Below the pieces are notes generated by a model. It made no database searches and had not been told where the DNA came from. It saw only the letters and a program-made list of their open reading frames with translations. Positions 29,814-40,388 of a stretch of DNA of 64,000 nucleotides are shown here, piece after piece (positions within the stretch are counted from its first letter, which is position 1; the number at the start of each line of letters is the position of its first letter). The translations under genes and the position numbers were made by a program. The stretch comes from a virus. The stretch is taken from IMG/VR virus record IMGVR_UViG_3300031539_000014; one strand, written 5' to 3'.

Positions 29814-30986
29814 TTAAACACCATCCAATGTTAAATCCATACCGACAGCTTTTTTCATTAAATCAGAAGTTAATTTGTTAACTTTTTCCACTAGTTCGGT
29901 CATGGCTTTGGTGTCTTTTCCCTTTTTACTCATTGTCTTAATATGTTTGCTCATATTATCTCTGGCGGTACGTAATTTTGTAAGAGCATCAAAACCTTCG
30001 TCTCTCCGTTTGGTTTTATCAGTAAGTTTTACAATATCATTGGACATTTTAACGCAAGAATTAAATATTTCTTCTATTTTATTACGTTCTGGATTAGTTA
30101 GGTCAATAATAGTTGAGTGGACTTTCTTTATCTTATCAGGATCCTGCCAAAATAAATGTTTTAGGATCTCGAAATCTCCTTCTTCAACAATTTTTGACCC
30201 TCTTAACCAAGCTTCTGCTCTAGTTATGCGTACCGCAATTTTATATGTTCTATCAGAAACTTTGATACCATTACTATCTAGGGATTTTCGTACTTTACTA
30301 AACATCTCAAACATCCCTTTGCTGAGTTCAACAGTATAGATATCGGTTTGAGCTAACTTAAGTTCTTCTATTTGTATAATATTTTTAGGTATACCATTAG
30401 TCTCATTTAATTCTAACATTCGAAGAAATTCAGAAGTTTCCTGAATGGGATCCACTTTATATTTTAAATGAAACCGATCAAAAAGTGCGTCGAGGTTGTC
30501 TGAATCTTCAGGCACTTCATTTGAAGCCCCAACCAAACACAGTAACGAACTTTGTTCAGGCTTACCATCATTGTAAAAAATCCTTTCGTTGGCTAACGAA
30601 AGGAGGGCATTTAGAATTCCTGTATTTGCTTTAAATATTTCATCAAGAAAAGCAAAATGTGCTTCTGGTAATTTTCCAGTTACTAATCTGCGATAATGGT
30701 CTTCCATAAGCCCTTTGGCAGAAATTGGGCCAAATAGTTCATCCGGCGTAGAATATCTGGACAATAACCATTCAAAATAGTTTGCTCCCGATACATGTTT
30801 TGCAAACTCTTTAACCATCATAGATTTTGCTGTTCCAGGAGTTCCTAGAAACAATATGTTTGTTCGACTTAGCAAAGCTAAGATTAAGCCTCTTACAGCT
30901 TCATATCTTTCTATAAAAAGATCGTTTAATTCGATTTCCAAGTTTTGAAGTTTTTCTCTGATTGTTTCGATTTTGTTGCCTGACAT
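29814..30986 (-). CDS. MoxR-family AAA+ ATPase (RavA-like)
   Basis: GTPGTAKS Walker A, FLDEIFKA Walker B, GASNE, ALFDRF. Confidence 0.9.
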   Translation of the reverse strand: MSGNKIETIREKLQNLEIELNDLFIERYEAVRGLILALLSRTNILFLGTPGTAKSMMVKEFAKHVSGANYFEWLLSRYSTPDELFGPISAKGLMEDHYRRLVTGKLPEAHFAFLDEIFKANTGILNALLSLANERIFYNDGKPEQSSLLCLVGASNEVPEDSDNLDALFDRFHLKYKVDPIQETSEFLRMLELNETNGIPKNIIQIEELKLAQTDIYTVELSKGMFEMFSKVRKSLDSNGIKVSDRTYKIAVRITRAEAWLRGSKIVEEGDFEILKHLFWQDPDKIKKVHSTIIDLTNPERNKIEEIFNSCVKMSNDIVKLTDKTKRRDEGFDALTKLRTARDNMSKHIKTMSKKGKDTKAMTELVEKVNKLTSDLMKKAVGMDLTLDGV

Positions 30987-31001
30987 TATTTTATTATTCT
31001 C

Positions 31002-31574
31002 CTATTCCAAGCTAAATGGTGGTCTTTTTGGCGGCCCTATAGGGCCTGGACCTTGCAGCAATGATTCCATTTCTGGATGATGTGGGCCAAATATAAGTAT
31101 TTTAAGTATTCCATCTAAAGTTTTTTGTAAAACATCTTGTATAAATCCTTTATAAGGGTCTTCTATTTTTTCTGTAATTTCAAAAGTTAGACTAGTATTG
31201 GCATCGGTTCTAACAGTAATTGTTGTTTCATGATCATGGCCTGGGTCAAATCCAAAATCCATAATCATTTTTTTTCTTTCCTCAACCGTCCAAGGAATAC
31301 TTTTTTTTATAACAACGCCGTCTTTTGTTTTTGGCATTTGTACCTTATTTCGACGTTCTTTTAAGGCAGCATCCACCTCTATTTGAGTTCTACCATATTG
31401 TTCTGGAGTAGGTAATTTATAAGGTATGTTTGTTCTAATTGCTATTTCTTTTAAAGCCAAAATATTACAAACATAGCAAACCTGACCTCCTCCTTCATCT
31501 TCTTTTTTAGTAAGAGGTCTTCCACATTGAGAGCATAAAGGAAGATCTTCTTCATGTTGATTCATTATAATCAC
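31002..31574 (-). CDS. Hypothetical protein with N-terminal Zn finger
   Basis: CSQC...CYVC; GGAGG RBS. Confidence 0.55.
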   Translation of the reverse strand: MIIMNQHEEDLPLCSQCGRPLTKKEDEGGGQVCYVCNILALKEIAIRTNIPYKLPTPEQYGRTQIEVDAALKERRNKVQMPKTKDGVVIKKSIPWTVEERKKMIMDFGFDPGHDHETTITVRTDANTSLTFEITEKIEDPYKGFIQDVLQKTLDGILKILIFGPHHPEMESLLQGPGPIGPPKRPPFSLE

Positions 31575-31593
31575 CTCCGTATTTTAATATAAT

Positions 31594-31625
31594 AAAAAAA
31601 GAGTCTATAATCAAGACTCTTTTTT
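31594..31625. terminator. Intrinsic terminator
   Basis: aaaaaaagagtct...agactctttttt. Confidence 0.75.
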
Positions 31626-31908
31626 AGTATTTTTTCCTTGAGAAAAATCTCTCAAATAACTGCTTGAATTGCACCTGTCACCAGAATGGATCAAGTCTCT
31701 ATTGTCTTGCTCATTTTGAGATGAAATTGTAGACAACGACTGTCCGTTATGTCCCCAGAATCGGTTCTGTCCAAATTTTTGCTTGTTCATGTGAACTTGC
31801 CTTATTAACAAATTCACGCGACTTTTCACGCTCAGCCAAATGGAAATAACATTTCTTCTTTATGCCTGTTAGAAACTGAAAAACAGACAGCGCTGTATAT
31901 TTCACGTT

Positions 31909-32220
31909 TCATTTCTTGATGAGGTGTAGTATCACTTCATTAAATTTTAAATGTATGTTGTTTATAGAGTTATATAGGTCTTTTCTTTCATTGGGTGCAA
32001 TTACTGATTTTTTTAATTTAGGAAATAATCCTTCTAGTTCTTTGGTTAACTCTAACAGTTTCTTAACAATGTCTGGGCACACACATTTGCACTGTTTTAA
32101 CTCTTTATTCTTGTTAGTTTCAAGCCCCAGTCTTCCAATTATCGTAATACAAACAGAAATGAAATAATCCAAAACATAGTTTTGGGACAGCCCTTCCTCC
32201 TCTTTGTCATCCTTATCCAT
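31909..32220 (-). CDS. Hypothetical protein
   Basis: 103-aa ORF. Confidence 0.4.
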   Translation of the reverse strand: MDKDDKEEEGLSQNYVLDYFISVCITIIGRLGLETNKNKELKQCKCVCPDIVKKLLELTKELEGLFPKLKKSVIAPNERKDLYNSINNIHLKFNEVILHLIKK

Positions 32221-32363
32221 AACAAATCGGTGGGCCTGTACTAAATAAACCGACCGTAATACTCATTTTTTACTTGATTCCTTTCCTTAAATAATTTATA
32301 TTGTTATTGATACGAAATTTGAGGTTCTAATTATCTTATACCATAAAAGAGGTAAATTTAAAA

Positions 32364-35300
32364 ATGTCAAAAGCGATAGATGAACTGTCCACACCCTATC
32401 AAAACGATTTAATTCGAAATGCTATCATAACTAGTATAAAAGATCAATTCCCCGTAGTCGGAAAGCACCATACTTTGAAGCTAGACTTATTACATTTAGA
32501 TTTATCTAAGGTAGATGAGCTGGACCTTCCAGCACAAAAAGAAGCTAAATTAGCAGGAAAAGCCTGGACTGCTCCCTTATTGGGATCTTTTAGCTTAATT
32601 GATAATAATACTGGACAAATAATTGATAAAACTACCAAAATGAGAATAGGAAATATTCCACAATTAACTAATAGATTTAGCACTGTTTTAAAAAAAGGGA
32701 CTGAATATCAAACTGTTAATCAATTACGATTAAAGTCTGGAGTATACACAAGGCAACAGGCTACTGGTGAATTTGAGTCTAGATTTAATTTAGAAAAGGG
32801 ATTTAATTTTAGATTATGGATGGATCCAGATAAGGGTATTTTTCTTTTAAATTTAGGAAATCAGAATTATAAACTATATTTAATATTACACGCACTTGGT
32901 GTTTCTGACTCCGTATTAATAAAGGCATGGGGCGAAAAAATATTTAGCTCAAACGCTAAACAAGGAACACATGGAATGGAGGCGTCTATTATTAATTTAT
33001 TTGAAAAATTAATGCATGAGAAAACAGATTACTCTACAGCTTTAAATGGTTTAAAAACTTATTTGAAGGAAACTAAAGTTTCTTCAGAAACAACTAAAAT
33101 AACTTTAGGACAATCTTTTAGTACAGTGTCTACCGATACTTTAATAGCAACGTCCGAAAAATTACTTAAAGTTATGAAAGGGGAAGAGCCGCCAGATGAG
33201 CGTGACTCCCTTCTATTTAAAAAATTATTTCCTTTAGACGATTTAATAAAAAACTATATGACAATGACTATGCCAAAAATAAAATCTAATTTACAATATA
33301 GAGCCGATTCTAAAAATAAAGTTAGAGATATTTTATCTTCAGAAACATTTACTGATCCTATTTTACTTTTCTTTAATAAAAGTGAACTAACCTCTTCACC
33401 ACCTCAAACTAACCCGGTAGAAATGTTAGGAGAGTGGAGAAAAACCACGTTAATGGGAGAGGGCGGTATTCGATCTGTTCATGCTATTACAAATGAAGTA
33501 AGAGATATTCACGAAAGTCAGATGGGGTTTTTAGACCCAATTAACACTCCAGAATCCAGTCGAATAGGTGTTACTTTACCTATTACTATTGGTACTACGA
33601 GAAGCAAAGGCGAAATGTACACTGATTTAATAAAATCAGATGGAAAAAGTATAACTGTTAGTCCTACAAATTTTCATGAAATGTTTGTCGGGTTGCCAGA
33701 TCAATTTAGTTATAAAAATTTAATTCCTGTTCCACACGGATCCAAAGTAAAAGCTATACACAAAGGAAAAATTTCTGAAGTGTCAACAAATAAAATAGAT
33801 GCCTGGATACCTAGTCCAGCACATATGTTTTCTTGGACTACTAACTTAATTCCTTTTTTAGCTAATAATGAAGGTGCTAGAGCAATGATGGGCACTAAAA
33901 TGCTGCCCCAGGCTTTACCATTAAAAAATCCAGATTCTCCGTTTATTCAAACAAAAGTATTTGGTACACAAAGCTTTGAAAAAGCTATCGGAGAATTTGT
34001 TAACCCTCGTGCTACACAGACAGGAATAGTTAAATCTGTTACGGAAGATTATGTTACAATAGATATCCCCGGACAACCTAAACCCAGAAAAATTGGCTTA
34101 TTTAATAATTTTCCTTTAAATCAAGGAACATATTTACACTCTACACCTATAGTGGTTGTTGGCGATAAAGTAAAAACTGGCGACACGTTAGCAGTTAATA
34201 ATTATCAAAAAGATGGCTTGTTGGCATTAGGTGCTAACGTAAACGTTGCTTATATGCCTTGGAAGGGATATAATTTTGAAGACTCCGCGGTAGTAACAGA
34301 ATCTTTGGCTGAAAAATTTACATCTGTTGCTATAGTACGAGAAAGGATTTCTACTTCTCCTCAAGGCGTTTTAAGTAAAAAAGTATTTAGAGTTGCTTTT
34401 CCCGATATATTATTACACGGTTTAGAGGACAAATTAGACGATTCAGGAATTATAAAAGTTGGTGAAACTGTAAATCCTAATGATGTTTTAATTGCTTATA
34501 TGGAACGTAGGGATTTAACTGATGAAGAAAAAATTCTTAAGCAGATGAACAAAGTAATGTCTAGTCCATATATTAACAGATCTTTAGTATGGAGCCATGA
34601 AACGTCTGGAAAAATTTTGTATGTCAATAAAATTGGTAAACAAATCATGGTACATATAAAAACCGAAACGCCCATGGTTGTTGGAGATAAGGTGGCTGGA
34701 AGACACGGTAATAAGATGATTGTTTCAAAAATTATTCCTGATGATGAGGCTCCACACACTTTAACTGGAAAACGTATAGACTTAATGATTAATCCTCACG
34801 GTGTTCCAGGACGAATGAATATTGGACAATTATTAGAAACTGCCTATGGAAAAATATCTGATAAAACTAAGCAGTCTGTCAGAATAGAAAATTTTTCTAA
34901 TGAAGATCATCTGGATAAATTAAAAAAAGAATTTAAAAAATATAATTTGCACTTTAACGAAGTTCTACTAGATGGTAAAGATGGTAAGCCTTTTGAAAAC
35001 CCAATTTTTACCGGTAACCAATATATGATGAAATTAAAACAAGTAGTGGAACATAAATTAAAAGCAAGAGATTATGGATCATACACTGTGGACCAACAAC
35101 CAGGTAAAGGAGAAAAGGGCGGACAAAAAATGGATCCCTTAACTACCTATGTAATGCTGGCTCATGGTGCGAAAGAAAATCTTAGAGAGGCCTCTATAAT
35201 AAAAGGCCAAAAGAATGACGAGATATGGAGAGCTTTACAACTAGGACTCCCTTTACCTCCGCCCAAAGTTAACTTCGCTTTTGATAAACTATTAACTTAT

Positions 35301-38300
35301 TTAAAATCAGCAGGAGTTGATACACGAAAAGACGGTCACACATTAACGCTAACACCCTTCTTAGATTCTGATGTAAAAAATATTTCTTCTGGTAAATTAT
35401 CGGATCCTGGCCATATGTTGGTAGGTAAGAATTTGACTTCTATAAAAGGCGGTCTATTTGATGAAGATATCACTGGCGGTAAAAGTGGAAAAAAATGGAG
35501 CCATATTAAATTAGAAGAAAAAATGCCGCACCCTATATATGAGTCTGCTATCATCAGCATTTTAAAATATACAAAACCACAATTTGAAAAAACCCTAGAT
35601 AGTCCAGACGGTAATAAAGAAATTGAAAAAGCTTTATCTCAAATTAATATAGATGATGAAATTAAAAAATCAACTAAAGAGTTATTAGGGGTTCCTGATG
35701 TAAAAGTTAATAGTATTAATAAAAGGATTAGATTTTTACAGGCATTGAAAAAAAATAATTTAAAACCTACAGACTATATGATTCAATATTTTCCAATTAT
35801 GCCTCCTCTATTTAGACCTGTATATCCTTTACCTGATGGTACTTTAGTGACGTCTCCAATTAACGCACACTATCGTGATCTTGGTGAGATTAATGATGCC
35901 TTGAAAACGTACAAAAATTTGGGACCGGAAGTATATAAAGAATTTTCTACAAAAACTAAAAAAGATTTGTATCGTACTTTAAAAGAAACTGTTGGTCTTA
36001 TAGATGTAACTAGGCCTGGAATGGCAAATAAGTATGAAGGGCTCATAAAAACTTTAGTAGGTACTACTCCTAAAGCAGGGTTTGTTCAAAATAAAGCGTG
36101 GGCAAAAAGACAAGACTTTTCTGCCAGATCAACTATTACTTTAGAGCCATCGTTGGGGTTAGACGAAGTTGGAATTCCTTATGATATGGCTAAAATATTA
36201 TATAAACCTTTTATTGTACAAGAATTAGTAAAACAAGGCCTTCCAGCTATAAGGGCATTAGATGAAATAAAAGCAGAAAGTTTGATTGCCCGTACGGCCC
36301 TTATTCAGGCAATGAATAAGAGACCCATATTATTAAATAGGGCCCCTTCATTGCATAAGCACGGGGTGCAGGCTTTTAAACCTATATTAATGGTTGGTAA
36401 ATCTATTAGAATAAATCCATTAGTAGTGTCCGGGTTTAATGCCGATTTCGATGGAGACACAATGTCGGTGCATCTTCCAATAACTACCAAAGCAGTAGAC
36501 GAGGCTAACAATATGGTTCCGTCTAAAAATGTTTTCGGAGCAGGTTCTAAACTAAATATACCAGTTAAATCTTTTAGTCAAGACTATATGCTGGGTTTAT
36601 GGCATTTAACTCGTGATCAGGCAGATTCTAAAAAGAAATTTAATTCAATAGCGGAAGCCAAAGGCGCTGGTTTAAAAATAGCTGAAACATTTGAACTTGC
36701 AGGAATAGGAAAAACCACTCTAGGAAGAATTGCGGTCAATGAGATGCTGCCACAAAAATATAGAAATTATAGTAGAATAATGACACATAAAGCGTTAACA
36801 ATACTAATGACTCTTATAGCACAAGAATCACCTACTGATTACGCCACCATAATTGATTCATTAAAAGATCTGGGGAATCAGTATGGGCATAGATACGGAG
36901 CAACTGTTTCTTTAACTGATGTTGATGTTGATAAAACGTTTAAAGAAAAAGCTATAAAATTTGGCAAGAAAAAAGAAAAATCTTCGTGGAACAAAAACGA
37001 AAGAGCCGATTATTGGCAAAAAATGACAGAACAAATAAATCAAAAAACTTTTGATAGTTTAGCAAATAAAAATAATTCACTTATGCATATGTTAGATTCC
37101 GGCTCAATAGGAAAAAAAGGAAACATTGCCCAAATATTGTCTATGGGCGGAGTCAAAACAGACATTAGAAATGAACCGTTGGAGCGACCGTTCGTAAAAT
37201 CCTGGACTGAAGGCCAAGACATGGCTGATTATTGGGAGGGCTTGTATAGTTCAAGAAAAGGTATTGTTGATAGAACTATCAACACCGCGGACTCAGGGGC
37301 ATTAAACAAAGCTTTACTTGGAGCTATAAGAGACGTATTAATTACAGACGATGATTGTGAAACAACAGAAGGAATAAAGCTCAGTATTGACGATCCGGAC
37401 ATAGTAGACCGTTTTCTTTTACACGCTATTCCAGGAGTTGGGGCTAAAAATGAATTAGCAACTCAAGCATCAATCGCTAAAGCAAAACTAAAAAATATAA
37501 AAGAAATAGAAGTTAGGTCACCCTTAACTTGTCGAGAAGATTATGGAATTTGTCAACTTTGTTATGGATTGATGAGTAATGGTAAAATTCCTCCTCTGGG
37601 AACTAATGTAGGAATTTTAGATGGTCAGGCAGTTACAGAAAGATCTACACAACTGACAATGCAAACCTTCCACACTGGTGGAGCTAGGGGTACTGGAATT
37701 ATGGAAAAATTCCCCAGACTTGAACAGCTCTTAAAAGTTCCCAAAATTGTCAAAGGCAAAGCTATTTTAGCAAGTAAGTCTGGAATAGTAGAAAGCATAG
37801 ATAAAAGCCCAATTGGTGGTTGGGATGTAGTTATAAACGGAACGCACCACAGAGTACCATTAAATTTAAATTTAGTTGTTAAAAAAGGACAAAAAATTAC
37901 AGTTGGAGATCAAATTTCAGAAGGTGTTATAAAACCTCAAGAACTAGCTACTTTAAAAGATTTTCGTTCAGCTCAATTACAAATGGTAAAAGATTTTGAC
38001 AATGTATATAACGGAGATTTTCATAAACGTACTTTCGAAACCGTAGTACGCGGTATTTCTAATAACGCAGAAATCACATTGGCACCGGCTTCTACTGGAT
38101 TTTTAAGAGGTGATTTAGATAAAATTTCTAGAATTAATTCTATTAATGAAGATAGGGTAAAAAATAAATTACCGTTAATCGAGTATCGGCCATATTTTAG
38201 ATCTATAAGTATGCTTCCAAGCGATCAACAAGACTGGCTTTCAAGACTAACTACTGAAAGATTAAAACAGACAATTACTGAAGGCGCGGCTTCCGGCATG

Positions 38301-38396
38301 GCGACCAATATTAAAGGCAGAGACCCGCTACCAGCATATATTTATGGATTGGAGTTTGCTAAAGATTTTGATCCTAAAAGAGGACAGTTCTATTAA
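32364..38396 (+). CDS. rpoBC: Fused DNA-directed RNA polymerase beta-beta' subunit
   Basis: Beta motifs (GYNFEDS, GDKVAGRHGNK, NPHGVPGRMNIGQ), beta' motifs (LNRAPSLH, NADFDGD, TQLTMQTFHTGG) in one 2010-aa ORF. Confidence 0.95.
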   Translation: MSKAIDELSTPYQNDLIRNAIITSIKDQFPVVGKHHTLKLDLLHLDLSKVDELDLPAQKEAKLAGKAWTAPLLGSFSLIDNNTGQIIDKTTKMRIGNIPQLTNRFSTVLKKGTEYQTVNQLRLKSGVYTRQQATGEFESRFNLEKGFNFRLWMDPDKGIFLLNLGNQNYKLYLILHALGVSDSVLIKAWGEKIFSSNAKQGTHGMEASIINLFEKLMHEKTDYSTALNGLKTYLKETKVSSETTKITLGQSFSTVSTDTLIATSEKLLKVMKGEEPPDERDSLLFKKLFPLDDLIKNYMTMTMPKIKSNLQYRADSKNKVRDILSSETFTDPILLFFNKSELTSSPPQTNPVEMLGEWRKTTLMGEGGIRSVHAITNEVRDIHESQMGFLDPINTPESSRIGVTLPITIGTTRSKGEMYTDLIKSDGKSITVSPTNFHEMFVGLPDQFSYKNLIPVPHGSKVKAIHKGKISEVSTNKIDAWIPSPAHMFSWTTNLIPFLANNEGARAMMGTKMLPQALPLKNPDSPFIQTKVFGTQSFEKAIGEFVNPRATQTGIVKSVTEDYVTIDIPGQPKPRKIGLFNNFPLNQGTYLHSTPIVVVGDKVKTGDTLAVNNYQKDGLLALGANVNVAYMPWKGYNFEDSAVVTESLAEKFTSVAIVRERISTSPQGVLSKKVFRVAFPDILLHGLEDKLDDSGIIKVGETVNPNDVLIAYMERRDLTDEEKILKQMNKVMSSPYINRSLVWSHETSGKILYVNKIGKQIMVHIKTETPMVVGDKVAGRHGNKMIVSKIIPDDEAPHTLTGKRIDLMINPHGVPGRMNIGQLLETAYGKISDKTKQSVRIENFSNEDHLDKLKKEFKKYNLHFNEVLLDGKDGKPFENPIFTGNQYMMKLKQVVEHKLKARDYGSYTVDQQPGKGEKGGQKMDPLTTYVMLAHGAKENLREASIIKGQKNDEIWRALQLGLPLPPPKVNFAFDKLLTYLKSAGVDTRKDGHTLTLTPFLDSDVKNISSGKLSDPGHMLVGKNLTSIKGGLFDEDITGGKSGKKWSHIKLEEKMPHPIYESAIISILKYTKPQFEKTLDSPDGNKEIEKALSQINIDDEIKKSTKELLGVPDVKVNSINKRIRFLQALKKNNLKPTDYMIQYFPIMPPLFRPVYPLPDGTLVTSPINAHYRDLGEINDALKTYKNLGPEVYKEFSTKTKKDLYRTLKETVGLIDVTRPGMANKYEGLIKTLVGTTPKAGFVQNKAWAKRQDFSARSTITLEPSLGLDEVGIPYDMAKILYKPFIVQELVKQGLPAIRALDEIKAESLIARTALIQAMNKRPILLNRAPSLHKHGVQAFKPILMVGKSIRINPLVVSGFNADFDGDTMSVHLPITTKAVDEANNMVPSKNVFGAGSKLNIPVKSFSQDYMLGLWHLTRDQADSKKKFNSIAEAKGAGLKIAETFELAGIGKTTLGRIAVNEMLPQKYRNYSRIMTHKALTILMTLIAQESPTDYATIIDSLKDLGNQYGHRYGATVSLTDVDVDKTFKEKAIKFGKKKEKSSWNKNERADYWQKMTEQINQKTFDSLANKNNSLMHMLDSGSIGKKGNIAQILSMGGVKTDIRNEPLERPFVKSWTEGQDMADYWEGLYSSRKGIVDRTINTADSGALNKALLGAIRDVLITDDDCETTEGIKLSIDDPDIVDRFLLHAIPGVGAKNELATQASIAKAKLKNIKEIEVRSPLTCREDYGICQLCYGLMSNGKIPPLGTNVGILDGQAVTERSTQLTMQTFHTGGARGTGIMEKFPRLEQLLKVPKIVKGKAILASKSGIVESIDKSPIGGWDVVINGTHHRVPLNLNLVVKKGQKITVGDQISEGVIKPQELATLKDFRSAQLQMVKDFDNVYNGDFHKRTFETVVRGISNNAEITLAPASTGFLRGDLDKISRINSINEDRVKNKLPLIEYRPYFRSISMLPSDQQDWLSRLTTERLKQTITEGAASGMATNIKGRDPLPAYIYGLEFAKDFDPKRGQFY

Positions 38397-38598
38397 AATA
38401 ATATAAAGAAACCAGCAGCAATATCTGGCTTCTTTGTACCATTTTATCTTTGTTTGTGTAATATTTTGCTCACGTCCTTGTCCCAATTTCCCAGTTTTTC
38501 TTTTTCGAACACTTTTTGTATTGGTTTGTCTTGTTTGTCTTGCTTTTTAGTTGTGTTCGATTTCGTGGCGGTGCTCATAACCTACACCTCCTTTCTAT

Positions 38599-39261
38599 AT
38601 GTCCTTATACCATTATCTAAAAATGAAATTTATAGAAAAATTTGGTTGGCATAAGCGAAGTAAAAAACTTCAAAGATCAGGAAACAATTTACAGCACGAA
38701 GGTCTAATTATAGCTAATCAATTAATCGATAGCCTCACTTTACCTAAATCAAAAATATTATTGGGTGGGCAACTAACTCATACACAGTTGGCCACAAAGT
38801 TATTAGAACTACAGATAGAAACCTCTTCTCAAAATATTTTAAAAAGTGGCACAGCTTTAGCCAAGAAAATATTACTAAAATTACAGCCTGATAAATTTAC
38901 AATTACCAGATTTTTAAAATCTTTGAACCTAGAATTTAAACAAGATGATTGGGAAATAGCTATTAGTTATGTGCAAGATCCTCACAGTATTGCCCAAAGA
39001 GCCTGGGTAAGAGATTTTTTATTAAATGAAATTGGGCCTGCTCACATTGCTAAACTTTCTACTTTGATTAGAGCTGGAATAAGAACAGACAGTGCGTTCG
39101 CAGAAATATTAAAAAATTGGGTACCGGACAATATGGCGTTACAAAGACTAGTTAGTTTTCAACTACACGACCCTTTAGATAAACCTTTAGTTAAATTAGA
39201 AATAATTAATAAAGATAAAACATTTTTTATATATGAAAATGGAAAATGGGTAAAAAAATAG
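38599..39261 (+). CDS. Hypothetical protein
   Basis: About 210-220 aa, followed by terminator 39254-39284. Confidence 0.5.
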   Translation: MSLYHYLKMKFIEKFGWHKRSKKLQRSGNNLQHEGLIIANQLIDSLTLPKSKILLGGQLTHTQLATKLLELQIETSSQNILKSGTALAKKILLKLQPDKFTITRFLKSLNLEFKQDDWEIAISYVQDPHSIAQRAWVRDFLLNEIGPAHIAKLSTLIRAGIRTDSAFAEILKNWVPDNMALQRLVSFQLHDPLDKPLVKLEIINKDKTFFIYENGKWVKK

Positions 39262-39287
39262 CCTCCAAATACGGAGGCTATTTTATT

Positions 39288-40388
39288 TTAAACTAGTTCA
39301 CCAGAATCTTTGTCACTTGTTAAAACTTTATTTACTGGAAGATAGGACTGTAAAGTACAAATTAGGTCTTCTCTATTTTTACAATATTTTGTCTTCCCTG
39401 AAACAGTTATTGGGTAATTTTTAGAAATTTGATCTAGACATGTTACTACTAGGTATTTATTATCACAGTCTTTCGAAAAGACATAATCAATTTCTAGCGC
39501 ATAAAATAACAAGTCTATATCCAAAACTCTTGTCCTAAAATTACCTTGGAACGTATTAGTTACATTAGTTTCTTTTTCATTGTTTACTAATGGTGGGGCA
39601 GTATTTTCGTTAGTCATAGGACCTTTACCATGCCTTGTTTGATAACAGCGCGTAACATAATAAATACTTGTTATTCCTCCGCCAGCCATAGCTAAAGCGT
39701 CCTTACTAGTAGTATTGCTTCTAGTAACATATGGAAAAAATCCGTGATCTTTATCAAGAAGTAGTCCTTGGGCTCCCTCATAAATAACATTATATTTATT
39801 TATGGGTAATTCACAAATTGGACCAATACTTGGTAATTTTAATAATAGCTTAATATTATTAACAAATGAAACAATAGCCTGTTTGTTAGTAACTTTGTAG
39901 TAATCGGCTATGTTTTCTAGTTTTATTTTTAAAACTTGTTCATGATAAAGATCTATAAAATGTAACTTATAGTGGTCTTCTTGCCGTTGAAGAGTTGATC
40001 CAAAACCCACACCTACTGATCCATGTATAGCCGTCTTCATATTATGGTCTATGTCGAAAGGCGTAGTAACAGGAGAAAGAACATTGATATATAATTGTGG
40101 AGTAAGTCCTTTCTGACATAATATATTATATTCATACAACAAAGCAGTTGGGTACACAGTACATTGTGGTCCCCAATAGGTTGGAATGTTGTGTAAAGTC
40201 CCTGAGCCAAAGGATGAAAATACATGACGTATATTATTTTTGACTACAGTATGACCGACCTGATGACCCCCATTAAACCTTACAACCATAGTATTTTTTG
40301 GATCTAGTTGAGAAGCAAGAAAAGACACTACACGTCCTTTGCCTTCGTCTCCAAAACCTGCACCAATAACAATTTTACTGGTTTTCAT
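39288..40388 (-). CDS. purA: Adenylosuccinate synthetase
   Basis: GAGFGDEGKG, RFNGGHQVGH, EGAQG, YVTRSNT, TRHGKG. Confidence 0.9.
   Translation of the reverse strand: MKTSKIVIGAGFGDEGKGRVVSFLASQLDPKNTMVVRFNGGHQVGHTVVKNNIRHVFSSFGSGTLHNIPTYWGPQCTVYPTALLYEYNILCQKGLTPQLYINVLSPVTTPFDIDHNMKTAIHGSVGVGFGSTLQRQEDHYKLHFIDLYHEQVLKIKLENIADYYKVTNKQAIVSFVNNIKLLLKLPSIGPICELPINKYNVIYEGAQGLLLDKDHGFFPYVTRSNTTSKDALAMAGGGITSIYYVTRCYQTRHGKGPMTNENTAPPLVNNEKETNVTNTFQGNFRTRVLDIDLLFYALEIDYVFSKDCDNKYLVVTCLDQISKNYPITVSGKTKYCKNREDLICTLQSYLPVNKVLTSDKDSGELV

Noticed and set aside
32364-38396. Intein or intron in the RNAP gene
   Set aside because: ORF is continuous and compact; no intein terminal or LAGLIDADG motifs noticed
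39288-40388. PurZ (2-aminoadenine Z-genome)
   Set aside because: The catalytic Asp of PurA is retained (GDEGKG) rather than the Ser seen in PurZ; no datZ or mazZ in the window
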